Shown: one piece after another, positions 8,055 to 17,912 of the stretch
Position numbering within the stretch: position 1 is the first letter of the stretch
How the letters are laid out: each line of letters begins with the position of its first letter
NCBI GenBank assembly: GCA_031431115.1
Contig: JANPCV010000056.1
Location: 26,132-90,131 of the forward strand
DNA: 64,000 nt
Direction of reading: 5' to 3'
DNA from: Caulobacteraceae bacterium
GTDB lineage: Bacteria > Pseudomonadota > Alphaproteobacteria > Caulobacterales > Aquidulcibacteraceae
Program-made: the position numbers and the translations under genes
The notes under the pieces: generated by a model
Databases searched by the model: none
Told to the model about the DNA's origin: nothing
The model's input: only the letters and a program-made list of their open reading frames with translations

Positions 8055-9872
8055 ATGCTGGTGCGCTTCTGGGGAACACGCGGATCGATCGCCACACCAG
8101 GTGGCGCAACGCTTCGATACGGCGGCAACACCTCGTGCGTTGAGGTGACGTCCGATTCAGGTGTGACGATCCTGGTTGACGCTGGCACGGGCGCTCATGC
8201 GCTTGGTAAAGCGCTGATGGCGCAAGGCCGCGGCGCGCGCGGCCATATTCTGATCTCGCATACGCACTGGGACCATATCCAAGGCCTGCCCTTCTTTGAG
8301 CCGCTCTTCGTGGAGGGCAATGAGTGGCACATTTACGGACCTCGGGGCCTCGGCCAATCCTTGCGCGACGTGCTCGCCGCGCAAATGGACTACGCCTATT
8401 TTCCCATCGCGCTGAACGCCTTTGCCGCGAATGTGCATTTTCACGAAGTGGTCGAGGGCGCCTTCAACATCGAAGACGTCCGCATCGCGACTCAGTATTT
8501 GAACCATCCAGCGCTCACCGTCGGCTATCGCATTGAGGCGGATGGCGCGTGCGCGGTCTATGCGTCGGATCACGAACCTCACGATGCGCACGCGGGCGAA
8601 GGCCATCCCGAAGCTGGCGAGGGTGGCGACGCTTCGCATGTCGAGTTTATCCGCGACGCCGACCTCGTGATCCACGACGCGCAATACACGGCTGCGGAGT
8701 ATCCGGAGAAAATCGGTTGGGGTCACAGCACGATCGAATATGCGGTCGATGTGGCTATCGCCGCCAACGTCAAGACACTCGCTCTCTACCATCACGATCC
8801 AAGTCGCGGCGACGACGCCGTGGATCAGTTGCTCGGTGCCGCACGCGCGCGCGTCAGCGCCGCAAACGCTGAGCTTGAAGTGATCGGCGCTGCGGAAGGC
8901 GCCGCCGTCGTGCTACGGGGCGCCGCGAATGCCAACAAAGCGAGCCCGTTCCTGCCGTCGAGTTTAGTTGAACCTGCCACGAGCGTTTCCGATGAATTGG
9001 TGCTGATTGCGGGCGTGCCGGCCAACGATCGCGCTATTCTCATGGCCGCCGCCCGCGCCGACGGCGTGCCAAGTGTTTCCGAGGTCTTGATCGAGCAATT
9101 GAAGGAAGCGGTGCAGGGCGGTCGTCCGTCGCTGGTTTTCCTTGGGCACGCATTGCCCGGCGTTGATCCCGTCGCCCTGTGCGCCGAGTTGCGCGCGCTG
9201 CCTGGCGACGATGCCAATGACACGCCAATCATTATCGTCGCCGATCAGGCACAGATGCCGGCGGACAAAGGCGAAGCGGCGGGTGTCACGGATTGGCTGA
9301 CGCGGCCTTATAGTTTGCAATACGCGCGCTCACGCCTGCGTGCGTGGCTGATGCGGTCGATGCTGCGTTGGCGGAAGGCGCCGTTGCCGATGGATGAGGA
9401 AGAGCGCCTCGCCGCGGTGCAGCGCCTTGGCCTGCTGGACACGGGCGCCGAGGAACGCTTCGACAGGCACGCGCGGATCGCTGCGGCCGCGCTCAATGCA
9501 CCGATTGCGCTGGTTACGCTCGTTGATCGCGATCGGCAGTGGTTCAAATCGCACCAGGGTTTTGAGTTCAGCGAAACGCCGCGCGACATTGGATTTTGCT
9601 CGCACGCAATCTTGGGCAGCGAGCCGCTTATTGTGCCAGACGCGCTGCAGGACGATCGGTTCGCCGAGAACCCGGCAGTGATTGGCGATCCGCATGTGCG
9701 CTTCTACGCTGGCATCCCGCTGCATTCGGCGGATGGCGCCCGTGTTGGCGCGTTCTGCATCGTCGATCGAAAGCCGCGAACGCTCAGCGCGGCTCAACTG
9801 CGCATGTTGAAAGACATCGCGCGCTTGGTTGAGGAAGAGCTTGAGCAGCGCCAAACCGCGCAGACCGGTTAA
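8055..9872 (+). CDS. Three-domain signalling protein: MBL-fold hydrolase, receiver-like domain and GAF
   Basis: The N-terminus has the MBL motif ILISHTHWDHIQG. The middle fold is CheY-like (LVLIAG...SLVFLGHALPGVDP...PIIIVAD...DWLTRPY). The C-terminus is a GAF domain with the typical EERLAAVQRLGLLDT lead-in and ...FCSHAIL...FYAGIPL. Confidence 0.7.
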   Translation: MLVRFWGTRGSIATPGGATLRYGGNTSCVEVTSDSGVTILVDAGTGAHALGKALMAQGRGARGHILISHTHWDHIQGLPFFEPLFVEGNEWHIYGPRGLGQSLRDVLAAQMDYAYFPIALNAFAANVHFHEVVEGAFNIEDVRIATQYLNHPALTVGYRIEADGACAVYASDHEPHDAHAGEGHPEAGEGGDASHVEFIRDADLVIHDAQYTAAEYPEKIGWGHSTIEYAVDVAIAANVKTLALYHHDPSRGDDAVDQLLGAARARVSAANAELEVIGAAEGAAVVLRGAANANKASPFLPSSLVEPATSVSDELVLIAGVPANDRAILMAAARADGVPSVSEVLIEQLKEAVQGGRPSLVFLGHALPGVDPVALCAELRALPGDDANDTPIIIVADQAQMPADKGEAAGVTDWLTRPYSLQYARSRLRAWLMRSMLRWRKAPLPMDEEERLAAVQRLGLLDTGAEERFDRHARIAAAALNAPIALVTLVDRDRQWFKSHQGFEFSETPRDIGFCSHAILGSEPLIVPDALQDDRFAENPAVIGDPHVRFYAGIPLHSADGARVGAFCIVDRKPRTLSAAQLRMLKDIARLVEEELEQRQTAQTG

Positions 9873-9952
9873 ACGATACCGCGGCATCTGCGCTGGCGGC
9901 GTGCAGGCCGCGGCGTTCCGCACTATTTAGGCGGCAGAAGTCGGAGCTAGCC

Positions 9953-10252
9953 ATGACGAACAATTCGCGCGCCTACTCGGAACAAGCCTTCAAGGCGAAG
10001 CTGAGCACAATCGCAGGTGTCGATAAGCTGATCGATGCGGCCAAGCAGGTGCATGCGATGCTGCGCGATCCGCAGACGCCGCTTTGGGTGAAGGGGCTGT
10101 GCATCGCGGTGCTTGGCTATTTGATCGTGCCGACCGATGCGGTGACGGATTTCATCCCGGTGCTCGGTTATGGCGACGATCTTGCCGCGCTCACAGCTGC
10201 CATTGCGGTCATTGCCGCCAACATGCCGAAGCCGAAGAGCGAGGCAGACTAG
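9953..10252 (+). CDS. DUF1232 (YkvA-like) membrane protein
   Basis: 99 aa with the characteristic YLIVPTDAVTDFIPVLGYGDDLA motif. Confidence 0.75.
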   Translation: MTNNSRAYSEQAFKAKLSTIAGVDKLIDAAKQVHAMLRDPQTPLWVKGLCIAVLGYLIVPTDAVTDFIPVLGYGDDLAALTAAIAVIAANMPKPKSEAD

Positions 10253-10818
10253 CCCGGCCGCGACGCCAGCGCCGCGAGGCAGCGCGGGTAGAGTTCGTGT
10301 TCGATGGCGAGTAAGCGCGTCGCCAAGGTCTCTGGGGTGTCACCAGCTACGATCAGCATCGACGCTTGGCCGATAATCTCGCCGGCATCAACTTCCTCAA
10401 CCACGAGATGCACGGTCGCGCCGTGCTCGGTCTCCCCCGCTTCGAGCGCGCGCTCGTGCGTTCTTGTGCCGGGAAATTTGGGTAGCAGAGACGGGTGGAT
10501 GTTCACGAGCCGGCCAGCCCAGGCGTGGACGAAGAAGGGCGTCAGCACGCGCATGAAGCCGGCGAGGGCGACGATCTCGACATTGCGCTGAATGAGCAGC
10601 GCATCGAGGTCACGCTCGAAGGCTTCACGGTTTTTGCCGTAAGGCTTGTGATCAAGTTCGAGCGCTTCAATGCCTGCCCCGCGCGCGCGATCTAAACCGG
10701 TGACGCCAGGGACGTTTGAGACGACGAGCACGATGTCATACGCGTCCTGCTCGGCATCGAGCAGAGCCTGCAGGTTCGAGCCTCTGCCGGAGATGAGCAC
10801 GGCTACACGTTTTTTCAC
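10249..10818 (-). CDS. purN: Phosphoribosylglycinamide formyltransferase
   Basis: VAVLISGRGSNLQAL...NIHPSLLP...HGATVH motifs. I place the start at GTG 10818, which has GGAG 9 nt upstream. The extension to 10875 would translate a palindromic repeat element. Confidence 0.9.
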   Translation of the reverse strand: MKKRVAVLISGRGSNLQALLDAEQDAYDIVLVVSNVPGVTGLDRARGAGIEALELDHKPYGKNREAFERDLDALLIQRNVEIVALAGFMRVLTPFFVHAWAGRLVNIHPSLLPKFPGTRTHERALEAGETEHGATVHLVVEEVDAGEIIGQASMLIVAGDTPETLATRLLAIEHELYPRCLAALASRPG

Positions 10819-10837
10819 TCGCCGACTCCGCACTCGT

Positions 10838-10966
10838 CCTCCCCCGCTAGGGGGAGGTGTCGCGTGCGTGAGCACGTGACGGAGGGGCGGGCGCGGGTGT
10901 TTGAAAACATTCGCGCCGCCCCCTCAGTCAGCGCTCTGCGCTGCCAGCTCCCCCTATCGGGGGAGC
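10838..10966. repeat. Tri-hairpin palindromic element in the purM-purN spacer
   Basis: CCTCCCCC-gcta-GGGGGAGG (10838-10857). Imperfect 14-bp palindrome GAGGGGCGGGCGCG...CGCGCCGCCCCCTC (10882-10925). GCTCCCCC-tatc-GGGGGAGC (10947-10966). Confidence 0.7.
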
Positions 10967-10990
10967 ACGAACGTTGGAAAGTCATGCGCA

Positions 10991-12022
10991 CTAAACGGCC
11001 TTGAGCACGCCGATCTTGAACGCTTGTTCGCCGGCGCCATTGAGTTTTTCGACGACATCGTCAGCCTTCGCGGGATCAACGATCAGCGCCATGCCGATGC
11101 CGAGGTTGAACGTGCGGCGCATGTCTTCTTCAGGCACGCCGCCTGTCGCTTGCAGCCATTCGAACACGGCAGGGCGCGTCCAGGCGGTCCAATCGAAATC
11201 AGCTTCGAGGTGGTCGGGCAACGCGCGCGGGGTGTTCTCGACGAGGCCGCCGCCAGTGATGTGCGCGGCTCCCTTGGCGAGCTTCGCGTCGAAGATTGGC
11301 TTCAGCGCCTTGGCGTAGATGCGCGTCGGCACCAGCAAAGCTTCGGCGAGCGTCTTGCCGCTCGCAAACGGAGCAGGCGCGTCCCAGGCAAGACCGGAGC
11401 GTTCCACGACCTTGCGCACCAGCGAATAGCCGTTCGAATGCGGACCGCTGGAGGCGATGCCGACAATGACGTCGCCTGCCTGCATCTCATCGACGCGCGG
11501 CAGCAGCGTGCCGCGTTCAGCCGCGCCGACAGAGAAGCCGGCGAGGTCGTAATCGCCTTTCGCGTACATTCCCGGCATTTCCGCCGTCTCGCCGCCCGCA
11601 AGGGCCGCGCCCGCTTGGCGGCAGCCTTCGGCGATGCCGAGCACCACTTTGGCGGCTTCCTCGGCGTTCAGTTTGCCAGTGGCGTAATAGTCCAGAAACA
11701 TCAGCGGCTCGGCGCCCTGTGCCGAAAGGTCGTTCACGCACATGGCGACGAGGTCGATACCGACGGTCTCGTGACGGCCGCTTTCGATGGCGATTTTCAG
11801 CTTGGTGCCGACGCCATCGGTCGTTGCGAGGAAGATAGGGTCCTTGAACCCAGCCGCTTTCGGGTCGAAAGCCGCCGCGAATCCGCCCAAAGCGGCCTCG
11901 GCGCCCGGCCGGGCTGTGGATTTCGCGGCAGGCTTGATGAGGTCGACAAGGCGCTCGCCCTCGTCGATGTCGACGCCGGCGTCGCGATAGGTAAGTCCGT
12001 TAGTTCCCGAGGTGTTGGTCAC
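10991..12022 (-). CDS. purM: Phosphoribosylformylglycinamidine cyclo-ligase (AIR synthetase)
   Basis: [17 protein letters not shown]...DGVGTK... run the full PurM length. The likely start is GTG 12022, which gives about 10 aa before [11 protein letters not shown] as in other PurM proteins. The ORF stays open to 12085. Confidence 0.9.
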   Translation of the reverse strand: MTNTSGTNGLTYRDAGVDIDEGERLVDLIKPAAKSTARPGAEAALGGFAAAFDPKAAGFKDPIFLATTDGVGTKLKIAIESGRHETVGIDLVAMCVNDLSAQGAEPLMFLDYYATGKLNAEEAAKVVLGIAEGCRQAGAALAGGETAEMPGMYAKGDYDLAGFSVGAAERGTLLPRVDEMQAGDVIVGIASSGPHSNGYSLVRKVVERSGLAWDAPAPFASGKTLAEALLVPTRIYAKALKPIFDAKLAKGAAHITGGGLVENTPRALPDHLEADFDWTAWTRPAVFEWLQATGGVPEEDMRRTFNLGIGMALIVDPAKADDVVEKLNGAGEQAFKIGVLKAV

Positions 12023-12097
12023 GTGATGAGTCCAGAAGCCGCCACATTGATAGGCGATTCCGCGCCGGGTAGGGTCTCCCGACACCGAGGTTCAATA

Positions 12098-13168
12098 ATG
12101 AAGTCCACGCCTTTTGCAGCGTTTACCGCTGTGTTCCTTGCCGCCTTGTGCGCGTTCGCGCCCAGCGCGGCAAGCGCCCAGGGGCGCGACAATGTCTACG
12201 CTGTTGTTGGCGTTCATGTGGATGAGACAGCGGCGAACGCGGCAGCGGCTCAGCAGGCGGGCCTCGCGGCGGCGCAGCGGGCAGGCTTTGAGCGCCTCGT
12301 CCGCCGGCTCACCATCCCCGACGAACTCTCCGCGCGTGGCATCCCGCAGGTCGAAACCGCCACGCTCGATCGCCTGGTTTCGAGCGTCGATGTCGAGGAG
12401 GAGCGCCGCTCCGGCACGCGATATATCGGCCGCCTCACCGTACGCTTCGATCCGTCAGGGATGCGCACGCTGCTGCGCCAGTTCAATCTGACCGTCGTAG
12501 ACACACGCACCGCGCCTATCCTCGTCGCGCCATTGGTGGTGACAGGCACGTCAGAAGAGACGACCGCGCTGTGGCGCGATGTTTGGACGAATGGCGGATT
12601 CGGCGACGAACTCGTGCCGTTGGCGACTGCACCGGCGGCGCTTCAAGGCGCGCCGGCATGGGCGACTGCTCAGCCGTTTGCGCAGTCCGCTGCAGCGGCG
12701 TCTGCACTCTACGCGACGCTGCGCGTGCAAGGCGGAACGGCGACAGCGACGTTGGTCGAGATTGACGCGAATGCACGCCGCGAGCGCGGTGAGGTCACGG
12801 CACGCGTAAACGGCGATGATCCTGCGGCGCTCCGTGCAGCCTTTGCTTCGCTCGCAGATCAAGCCAGCACGCGCATCCAAAACGATTGGAAGTCACGCAT
12901 TGCTACGGGTGGCGGCCAACGCGGCCGCATCAGCGCGTCCGCACTCTATACGAGCGAGGCGCAGTGGGAGCAGATCAAGGACGCGCACGAAGGCGCGGCC
13001 CAGACGCTGATCTCAGAAATCCGCATTGAGGCTGTCGGCCGGCAGGGTGCGCTCATCTCGTTCTCGTTCGTGGGTGATCGCAGCCAGCTTGCAGCCGAAT
13101 TGCAGCGTCGTGGGATCGCCCTCGCCGACACCGCGCAAGGGCCGACCTTGCGCGTCGCGGCGAGGTAG
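12098..13168 (+). CDS. DUF2066-like secreted protein
   Basis: This is the real gene inside the 755-aa ORF 10901..13168. ATG 12098 gives MKSTPFAAFTAVFLAALCAFAPSAASAQ (signal peptide). Its position between purM and hda matches the conserved DUF2066 neighbourhood. Confidence 0.65.
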   Translation: MKSTPFAAFTAVFLAALCAFAPSAASAQGRDNVYAVVGVHVDETAANAAAAQQAGLAAAQRAGFERLVRRLTIPDELSARGIPQVETATLDRLVSSVDVEEERRSGTRYIGRLTVRFDPSGMRTLLRQFNLTVVDTRTAPILVAPLVVTGTSEETTALWRDVWTNGGFGDELVPLATAPAALQGAPAWATAQPFAQSAAAASALYATLRVQGGTATATLVEIDANARRERGEVTARVNGDDPAALRAAFASLADQASTRIQNDWKSRIATGGGQRGRISASALYTSEAQWEQIKDAHEGAAQTLISEIRIEAVGRQGALISFSFVGDRSQLAAELQRRGIALADTAQGPTLRVAAR

Positions 13169-13179
13169 ACCGCCCGGCG

Positions 13180-13866
13180 ATGGAACAGCCCCGCCTGTTT
13201 GAATTTCGCATGGGCGATCGATCGCCCGACAAACTGGTGGTGGCCGAGGCAAACCGGGATGCAGCCACACTGCTGACCGATTGGCGCGCGTGGCCGAACG
13301 GAGCGCTGGCGCTTTCTGGCCCCTCGGGCTCGGGCAAAACCCATCTCGCTTTGGCTTGGGCGCTGGAGGTCGGCGCACGCCGCATTTCTGCGGAAGCGGC
13401 CGCCGAGGATGCTGCCGCGATTTTTCGAGAATCTGCGGGCCGTCTCCTGATTGACGATGCCGATGGCGATCGGGATGAGGCCATGCTCTGGCATGTCCTC
13501 GATTTGGCCCGGAGCCAGGGCGGCGCGCTTTTGCTGGTTGGGGCCCGGCCGCCCTCCACCTGGGCCGTTCAGACCCCGGACTTGCGGTCCCGGCTCGCGT
13601 CTTTACCGGTCGCTAAGCTTGGCGAGCCCGATGAAGTGCTGATGGACGTCGTTTTGCGGCGCGTTTGTCGCGAACAATTCATCCAATTGAGCGATGATGC
13701 CGCCAAATACCTCGTGCGGCGGCTTCCGAGGACCTTCGCTGCGGCCCAAGCCTGGGCGGCGGCGTTGGACGAGGAACTGGTGCGCGGGGCGAAGCCTGTC
13801 ACGACAGCAATCGCCAAGCGGGCGCTGGAAAAGATGCAGGCGCGCTGGGTTGGTGGAGACGGTTAA
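13180..13866 (+). CDS. hdaA: DnaA regulatory inactivator HdaA
   Basis: 228 aa with Walker A GPSGSGKTHL, a DnaA domain III-like fold and an N-terminal clamp-binding-like QPRLF. Confidence 0.8.
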   Translation: MEQPRLFEFRMGDRSPDKLVVAEANRDAATLLTDWRAWPNGALALSGPSGSGKTHLALAWALEVGARRISAEAAAEDAAAIFRESAGRLLIDDADGDRDEAMLWHVLDLARSQGGALLLVGARPPSTWAVQTPDLRSRLASLPVAKLGEPDEVLMDVVLRRVCREQFIQLSDDAAKYLVRRLPRTFAAAQAWAAALDEELVRGAKPVTTAIAKRALEKMQARWVGGDG

Positions 13867-13869
13867 CAG

Positions 13870-16080
13870 ATGGCGAAGCCGCGCAAGAAGACGCGTGTAA
13901 CGGCGCAGAATCCGCCGTCGTTCAACGATCCCAAACGGTTCATCAACCGCGAGCTGGCCTGGCTCGCGTTCAACACGCGCGTGTTGGAAGAGGCTGAGAA
14001 CACCAACCACCCGCTGCTTGAGCAGTTGCGGTTTCTCTCGATCTCCGCGTCGAACCTCGATGAGTTCTACATGGTGCGCGTCGCCGGCCTTCATGAGCAG
14101 ATGAAGGCGGGCGTCGAGACTCTGAGTCTCGATGGCTTGACGCCAACCGAGCAAATGACGCGAGTTCATGCCGCCGCTTCCAGCCTGATGGAGCGCCAGC
14201 AAAATCGGTGGCGTTCGCTGCGCGTGGATATGCGCGGCGCCGGCATCTCGGTGCTGGAGCCCGGCGAGCTAACCGATGAAGAGCGCCGCTATCTGAAGCC
14301 GCTGTTCATGGCCGAAGTGTTTCCGCTGCTGACGCCGCTCGCGGTCGATCCGGCGCATCCGTTTCCGTTTATTCCGAACTTGGGCTTTGCCATCGCGCTG
14401 AAGCTGACGCGTAAAGCCGACGGACGTGCGCTCAATGCGCTGATCCCAGTGCCGAGCCAAGTCGCGCGCTTCATTGATGTGACGCTCGCCCATCCGCAGA
14501 CGGATTTTGCGCCGGGCGAACGTTTGCAGCGCCGCTTCCTTACGCTGGAAAACACGATCCCGCTGTTCTTGGAAGAACTCTTCCCGGGCTACAAAGTCGA
14601 GGCGCAGGGTGCGTTCCGCGTGGTTCGCGATAGCGATATCGAAATTCAGGAAGAGGCCGAGGACCTCGTTCGCGAGTTCGAGGCGCGTTTGAAAGAGCGC
14701 CGCCTTGGCGATATCGTGCGCCTCAAGGTCGAAGCGACGATGCCGGAAGATCTCCGGACGTTTATCACGCGTGAGATCGAGGCTGATGCGCGCGACGTTG
14801 TGATCGTCGAAGGCATGCTGGGGCTTTCGGCGCTTTCGGCGCTGGTGAACGAAGATCGTCCGGAGCTGAAGTTTCCGCGCTACGAGCCGCGCTTTCCCGA
14901 TCGCATCAAGGATTTCGGCGGCGACACCTTCGCCGCCATCCGCGCCAAGGACATCCTCGTCCACCACCCGTTCGAGTCGTTTGACTCGGTTGTGCAGTTT
15001 GTTCGGCAGGCTGCGGCGGACCCTGCCGTCGTTGCCATCAAGCAAACGCTCTATCGCACATCGCGTGATTCACCGATCGTGGCCGCGTTGGTTGCTGCCG
15101 CGGAGGCGGGCAAGAACGTCACCGCGCTGATCGAATTGAAGGCGCGCTTCGACGAAGAGACCAACCTCCACGTCGCGCGCAAGCTGGAAAGCGCGGGCGC
15201 TTCGGTTGTTTATGGGTTTGTTGATTTCAAGACGCACGCAAAGGTGAGCTTGGTCGTTCGCCGTGAGCCCGAGGGCTTGCGCTCCTACACGCACTTCGGC
15301 ACCGGCAATTATCACCCGATCACCGCGCGCATCTATACCGACCTGTCGCTGTTCACCTGTGATCCCGCGCTTGGGCGCGACGCCAATAGATTGTTCAATT
15401 TCGTCACCGGCTACGCGCGACCCGCTGAGCTTGAGAAGATTGCGATGTCGCCGATCAACTCAAAGGCGACGCTGCTTCGGCTTATCGATGATGAGGTCGA
15501 GCATGCGCGCGCGGGGCGCGGCGGCTACATTTGGGCCAAGCTCAATGCGCTGGTGCATCCCGAGATCATCGACGCGCTTTATCGCGCCTCGAACGAGGGT
15601 GTAAAAATTGAACTCGTGGTGCGTGGCATCTGCTGCCTGCGCCCCGGCGTTCCCGGAATGAGCGAAAACATCCGGGTCAAATCGATCGTCGGCCGGTTCC
15701 TCGAACATGCCCGCATCGTCTGTTTCGGGAACGGTTCGAAACTTCCGAATCCGAGCGCTAAAGTGTTCATTTCGTCGGCTGATTGGATGCCTCGGAACCT
15801 GGACCGCCGGGTTGAGGTCCTTTGTCCGGTTGAAAACCCCACTGTGCATCAGCAAGTTCTCGACCAGATCATGGTCGCGAACCTCAACGACGAGGCGCAA
15901 TCCTGGTACATGGACCAGGATGGGGTATTCAAACGCGTCGATGTCACCAAGCTGCCAGACGAGCCATTCAGCGCGCACAATTACTTTATGCGCAACCCGA
16001 GTCTTTCGGGGCGCGGACGCGCGGGCAAAGGCGACGCGCCTGCTGCCTTCGATCACATCGGCGCGCGCCGTACTTCATAA
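13870..16080 (+). CDS. ppk: Polyphosphate kinase 1
   Basis: 736 aa with FINRELSWLAFN-type N-terminus (here [19 protein letters not shown]), ...[11 protein letters not shown]...GTGNYH... and PPK1 PLD-like C-terminal motifs. Confidence 0.95.
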   Translation: MAKPRKKTRVTAQNPPSFNDPKRFINRELAWLAFNTRVLEEAENTNHPLLEQLRFLSISASNLDEFYMVRVAGLHEQMKAGVETLSLDGLTPTEQMTRVHAAASSLMERQQNRWRSLRVDMRGAGISVLEPGELTDEERRYLKPLFMAEVFPLLTPLAVDPAHPFPFIPNLGFAIALKLTRKADGRALNALIPVPSQVARFIDVTLAHPQTDFAPGERLQRRFLTLENTIPLFLEELFPGYKVEAQGAFRVVRDSDIEIQEEAEDLVREFEARLKERRLGDIVRLKVEATMPEDLRTFITREIEADARDVVIVEGMLGLSALSALVNEDRPELKFPRYEPRFPDRIKDFGGDTFAAIRAKDILVHHPFESFDSVVQFVRQAAADPAVVAIKQTLYRTSRDSPIVAALVAAAEAGKNVTALIELKARFDEETNLHVARKLESAGASVVYGFVDFKTHAKVSLVVRREPEGLRSYTHFGTGNYHPITARIYTDLSLFTCDPALGRDANRLFNFVTGYARPAELEKIAMSPINSKATLLRLIDDEVEHARAGRGGYIWAKLNALVHPEIIDALYRASNEGVKIELVVRGICCLRPGVPGMSENIRVKSIVGRFLEHARIVCFGNGSKLPNPSAKVFISSADWMPRNLDRRVEVLCPVENPTVHQQVLDQIMVANLNDEAQSWYMDQDGVFKRVDVTKLPDEPFSAHNYFMRNPSLSGRGRAGKGDAPAAFDHIGARRTS

Positions 16081-16095
16081 GCTGAGGAACGCACA

Positions 16096-17589
16096 ATGAC
16101 GTCGCGGACGCTTCGCGACGATCAGGAAGCCGCCGTTATCGACGTTGGCTCCAATTCTGTGCGCCTTGTCGTCTATCGCATCGACGGCCGCTCGATGACG
16201 CCGATCTTGAATGAAAAGGTTATGGCCGGGCTTGGGCGCGAAGGCGCGCGCACAGGCGAGCTTTCCAAAGACGGCGTTGAGCACGCACTCCGCGCAATTC
16301 GCCGTTTCGCGACTTTGATAGATGCTCTGCAGATCAAGGATGTTTTCGCGGTGGGCACAGCCGCTGTGCGCGAAGCCAAGGACGGCAAAGAGTTTGCCGC
16401 GCGCATGGAGGCCGAGAGCGGAATCAAGCTCCGCATTCTCAGTGGCGAGGATGAAGCGCGGCTGTCCGCACTCGGCGTTAGCGCCGGGGCGCCCGATGCA
16501 AGGGGCCTTGTTGGTGATCTTGGCGGCGCAAGCCTTGAACTTATTGAAATTGGTCCGAAGGGCGTTGGCCGTGGCGAGACGTTTCCTGTTGGCCCTTTTG
16601 CGCTGATGGATGGCGAGTTCGACTACGCGAAAGTCAGCAAGCTGGTCACCCAATCTCTCGACCGCACGAAGCTGTTGAATAAGCACGGCGGCGACTTCTA
16701 CGCGGTCGGCGGGGCATGGCGCGCGCTCGGCCGTATCGATATCGCGCTGAACAATCATCCGCTCGGTGTCTTGCATCATCACCAAATGAGCCGCGCGGCA
16801 GTGATGAAAGTCGTCGATGCCGTGCGCAAACAAAGCAGACGGTCTCTAGAAAAGTTGGAGGAGGCCGCTGCAAAGCGGGCAGAAACACTGCCGTATGCGG
16901 CGGCGGTGCTTGAGCATGTCATGCAGGTCGGCGAGTTCGATCGTGTCGTGCTCTCGGCGTTTGGCCTGCGCGAGGGCGTGCTTGTGGAGCACTTGAGCGA
17001 GCAGGCGCTGGCCATGCACCCGCTTCTCGCGGCCGCTGAGGCGCTTGCTGGACGTTGGTCGCGCACGCGCGCGTTTGGACGGGCGCTCGAAGAGTGGATT
17101 GCGCCCATGTTCGAGGGGCAGCAAAACGTCTTTTCGAAGAAGCGCGAAGAGGTTCTGCGCGGGGCTGCGGCGCGCCTCGCCGACATTGGTGGCCCGCTCC
17201 ATCCCGATCAGCGCGTTGAGGTCATATTCGATCTTGTCTTGCGCGCGCCGCTCGCCGCCATCAGCCACGAAGAACGAGCCTTTCTCGCCGCTTCTATCCA
17301 CCATCGCTACACCAAGGCGCCGCCCCGGCACGCGGACGCGTACATGCGCCTCCTGAGTGACGAGCGGCAGGCTGCGGCCGCCGCTTTGGGGGCCGTGCTG
17401 CGTCTCGGGGCCGATCTTTCGGGGCGCAGCGAGCCGCTTTTGGCCGCAGTGGAGGTCCAGGCGGTTGACGGCAGGCTCCTGCTTCGGGTCAAGAAGAAGG
17501 CAGCTCACCTCATTACCGAGACGGTGCAACGGCGATTGGAATTCGCTGCTACTGCGCTGGGCCTGACGCCGGAGACGAAAATTCTATGA
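16096..17589 (+). CDS. ppx: Exopolyphosphatase (Ppx/GppA family)
   Basis: 497 aa with AVIDVGSNSVRLVVY...DLGGASLEL Ppx/GppA ATPase-fold motifs. It lies directly after ppk. Confidence 0.9.
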   Translation: MTSRTLRDDQEAAVIDVGSNSVRLVVYRIDGRSMTPILNEKVMAGLGREGARTGELSKDGVEHALRAIRRFATLIDALQIKDVFAVGTAAVREAKDGKEFAARMEAESGIKLRILSGEDEARLSALGVSAGAPDARGLVGDLGGASLELIEIGPKGVGRGETFPVGPFALMDGEFDYAKVSKLVTQSLDRTKLLNKHGGDFYAVGGAWRALGRIDIALNNHPLGVLHHHQMSRAAVMKVVDAVRKQSRRSLEKLEEAAAKRAETLPYAAAVLEHVMQVGEFDRVVLSAFGLREGVLVEHLSEQALAMHPLLAAAEALAGRWSRTRAFGRALEEWIAPMFEGQQNVFSKKREEVLRGAAARLADIGGPLHPDQRVEVIFDLVLRAPLAAISHEERAFLAASIHHRYTKAPPRHADAYMRLLSDERQAAAAALGAVLRLGADLSGRSEPLLAAVEVQAVDGRLLLRVKKKAAHLITETVQRRLEFAATALGLTPETKIL

Positions 17590-17840
17590 GTGATAATACG
17601 CCGCCTGATCGCCTTTCAGTCGATCCCGACAGCCCGTTCTACGATGAAGCCTTGCTCGCGCGCGGCATTGGCATGCGCTTCAACGGCAACGAGAAGAAGA
17701 ATTGCGAGGAATATTGCGTCAGCGAGGGCTGGGTGCGCCTCGCCGTCGGCAAGACGCTGGACCGCAAGGGCAAGCAGCTCACCATCAAATACAGCGGCAA
17801 AGTAGAACCCTATTTCGAGGATATTCCCAAAGAGGAGTGA
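17586..17840 (+). CDS. DUF3297 family protein
   Basis: 84 aa with PPDRLSVDPDSPFYDEALLARGIGMRFNG..K.NCEEYCVSEGWVRLA, which matches my memory of the DUF3297 pattern. ATGA overlap with the ppx stop. Confidence 0.6.
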   Translation: MSDNTPPDRLSVDPDSPFYDEALLARGIGMRFNGNEKKNCEEYCVSEGWVRLAVGKTLDRKGKQLTIKYSGKVEPYFEDIPKEE

Positions 17841-17912
17841 TCCGCGAGCGGCGTAAGTGGACTCAACGCGGTTCGCTTTGTGCTATGACCCGCCAGCCAT
17901 GGCGGAATCCCG

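Noticed and set aside
10901-12097. First 399 codons of the 755-aa plus-strand ORF 10901..13168.
   Set aside because: This part is exactly antisense to purM, whose identity is unmistakable. It also starts inside the palindromic spacer. The real gene begins at ATG 12098 with a clean signal peptide. Long antisense ORFs are expected at this GC content.
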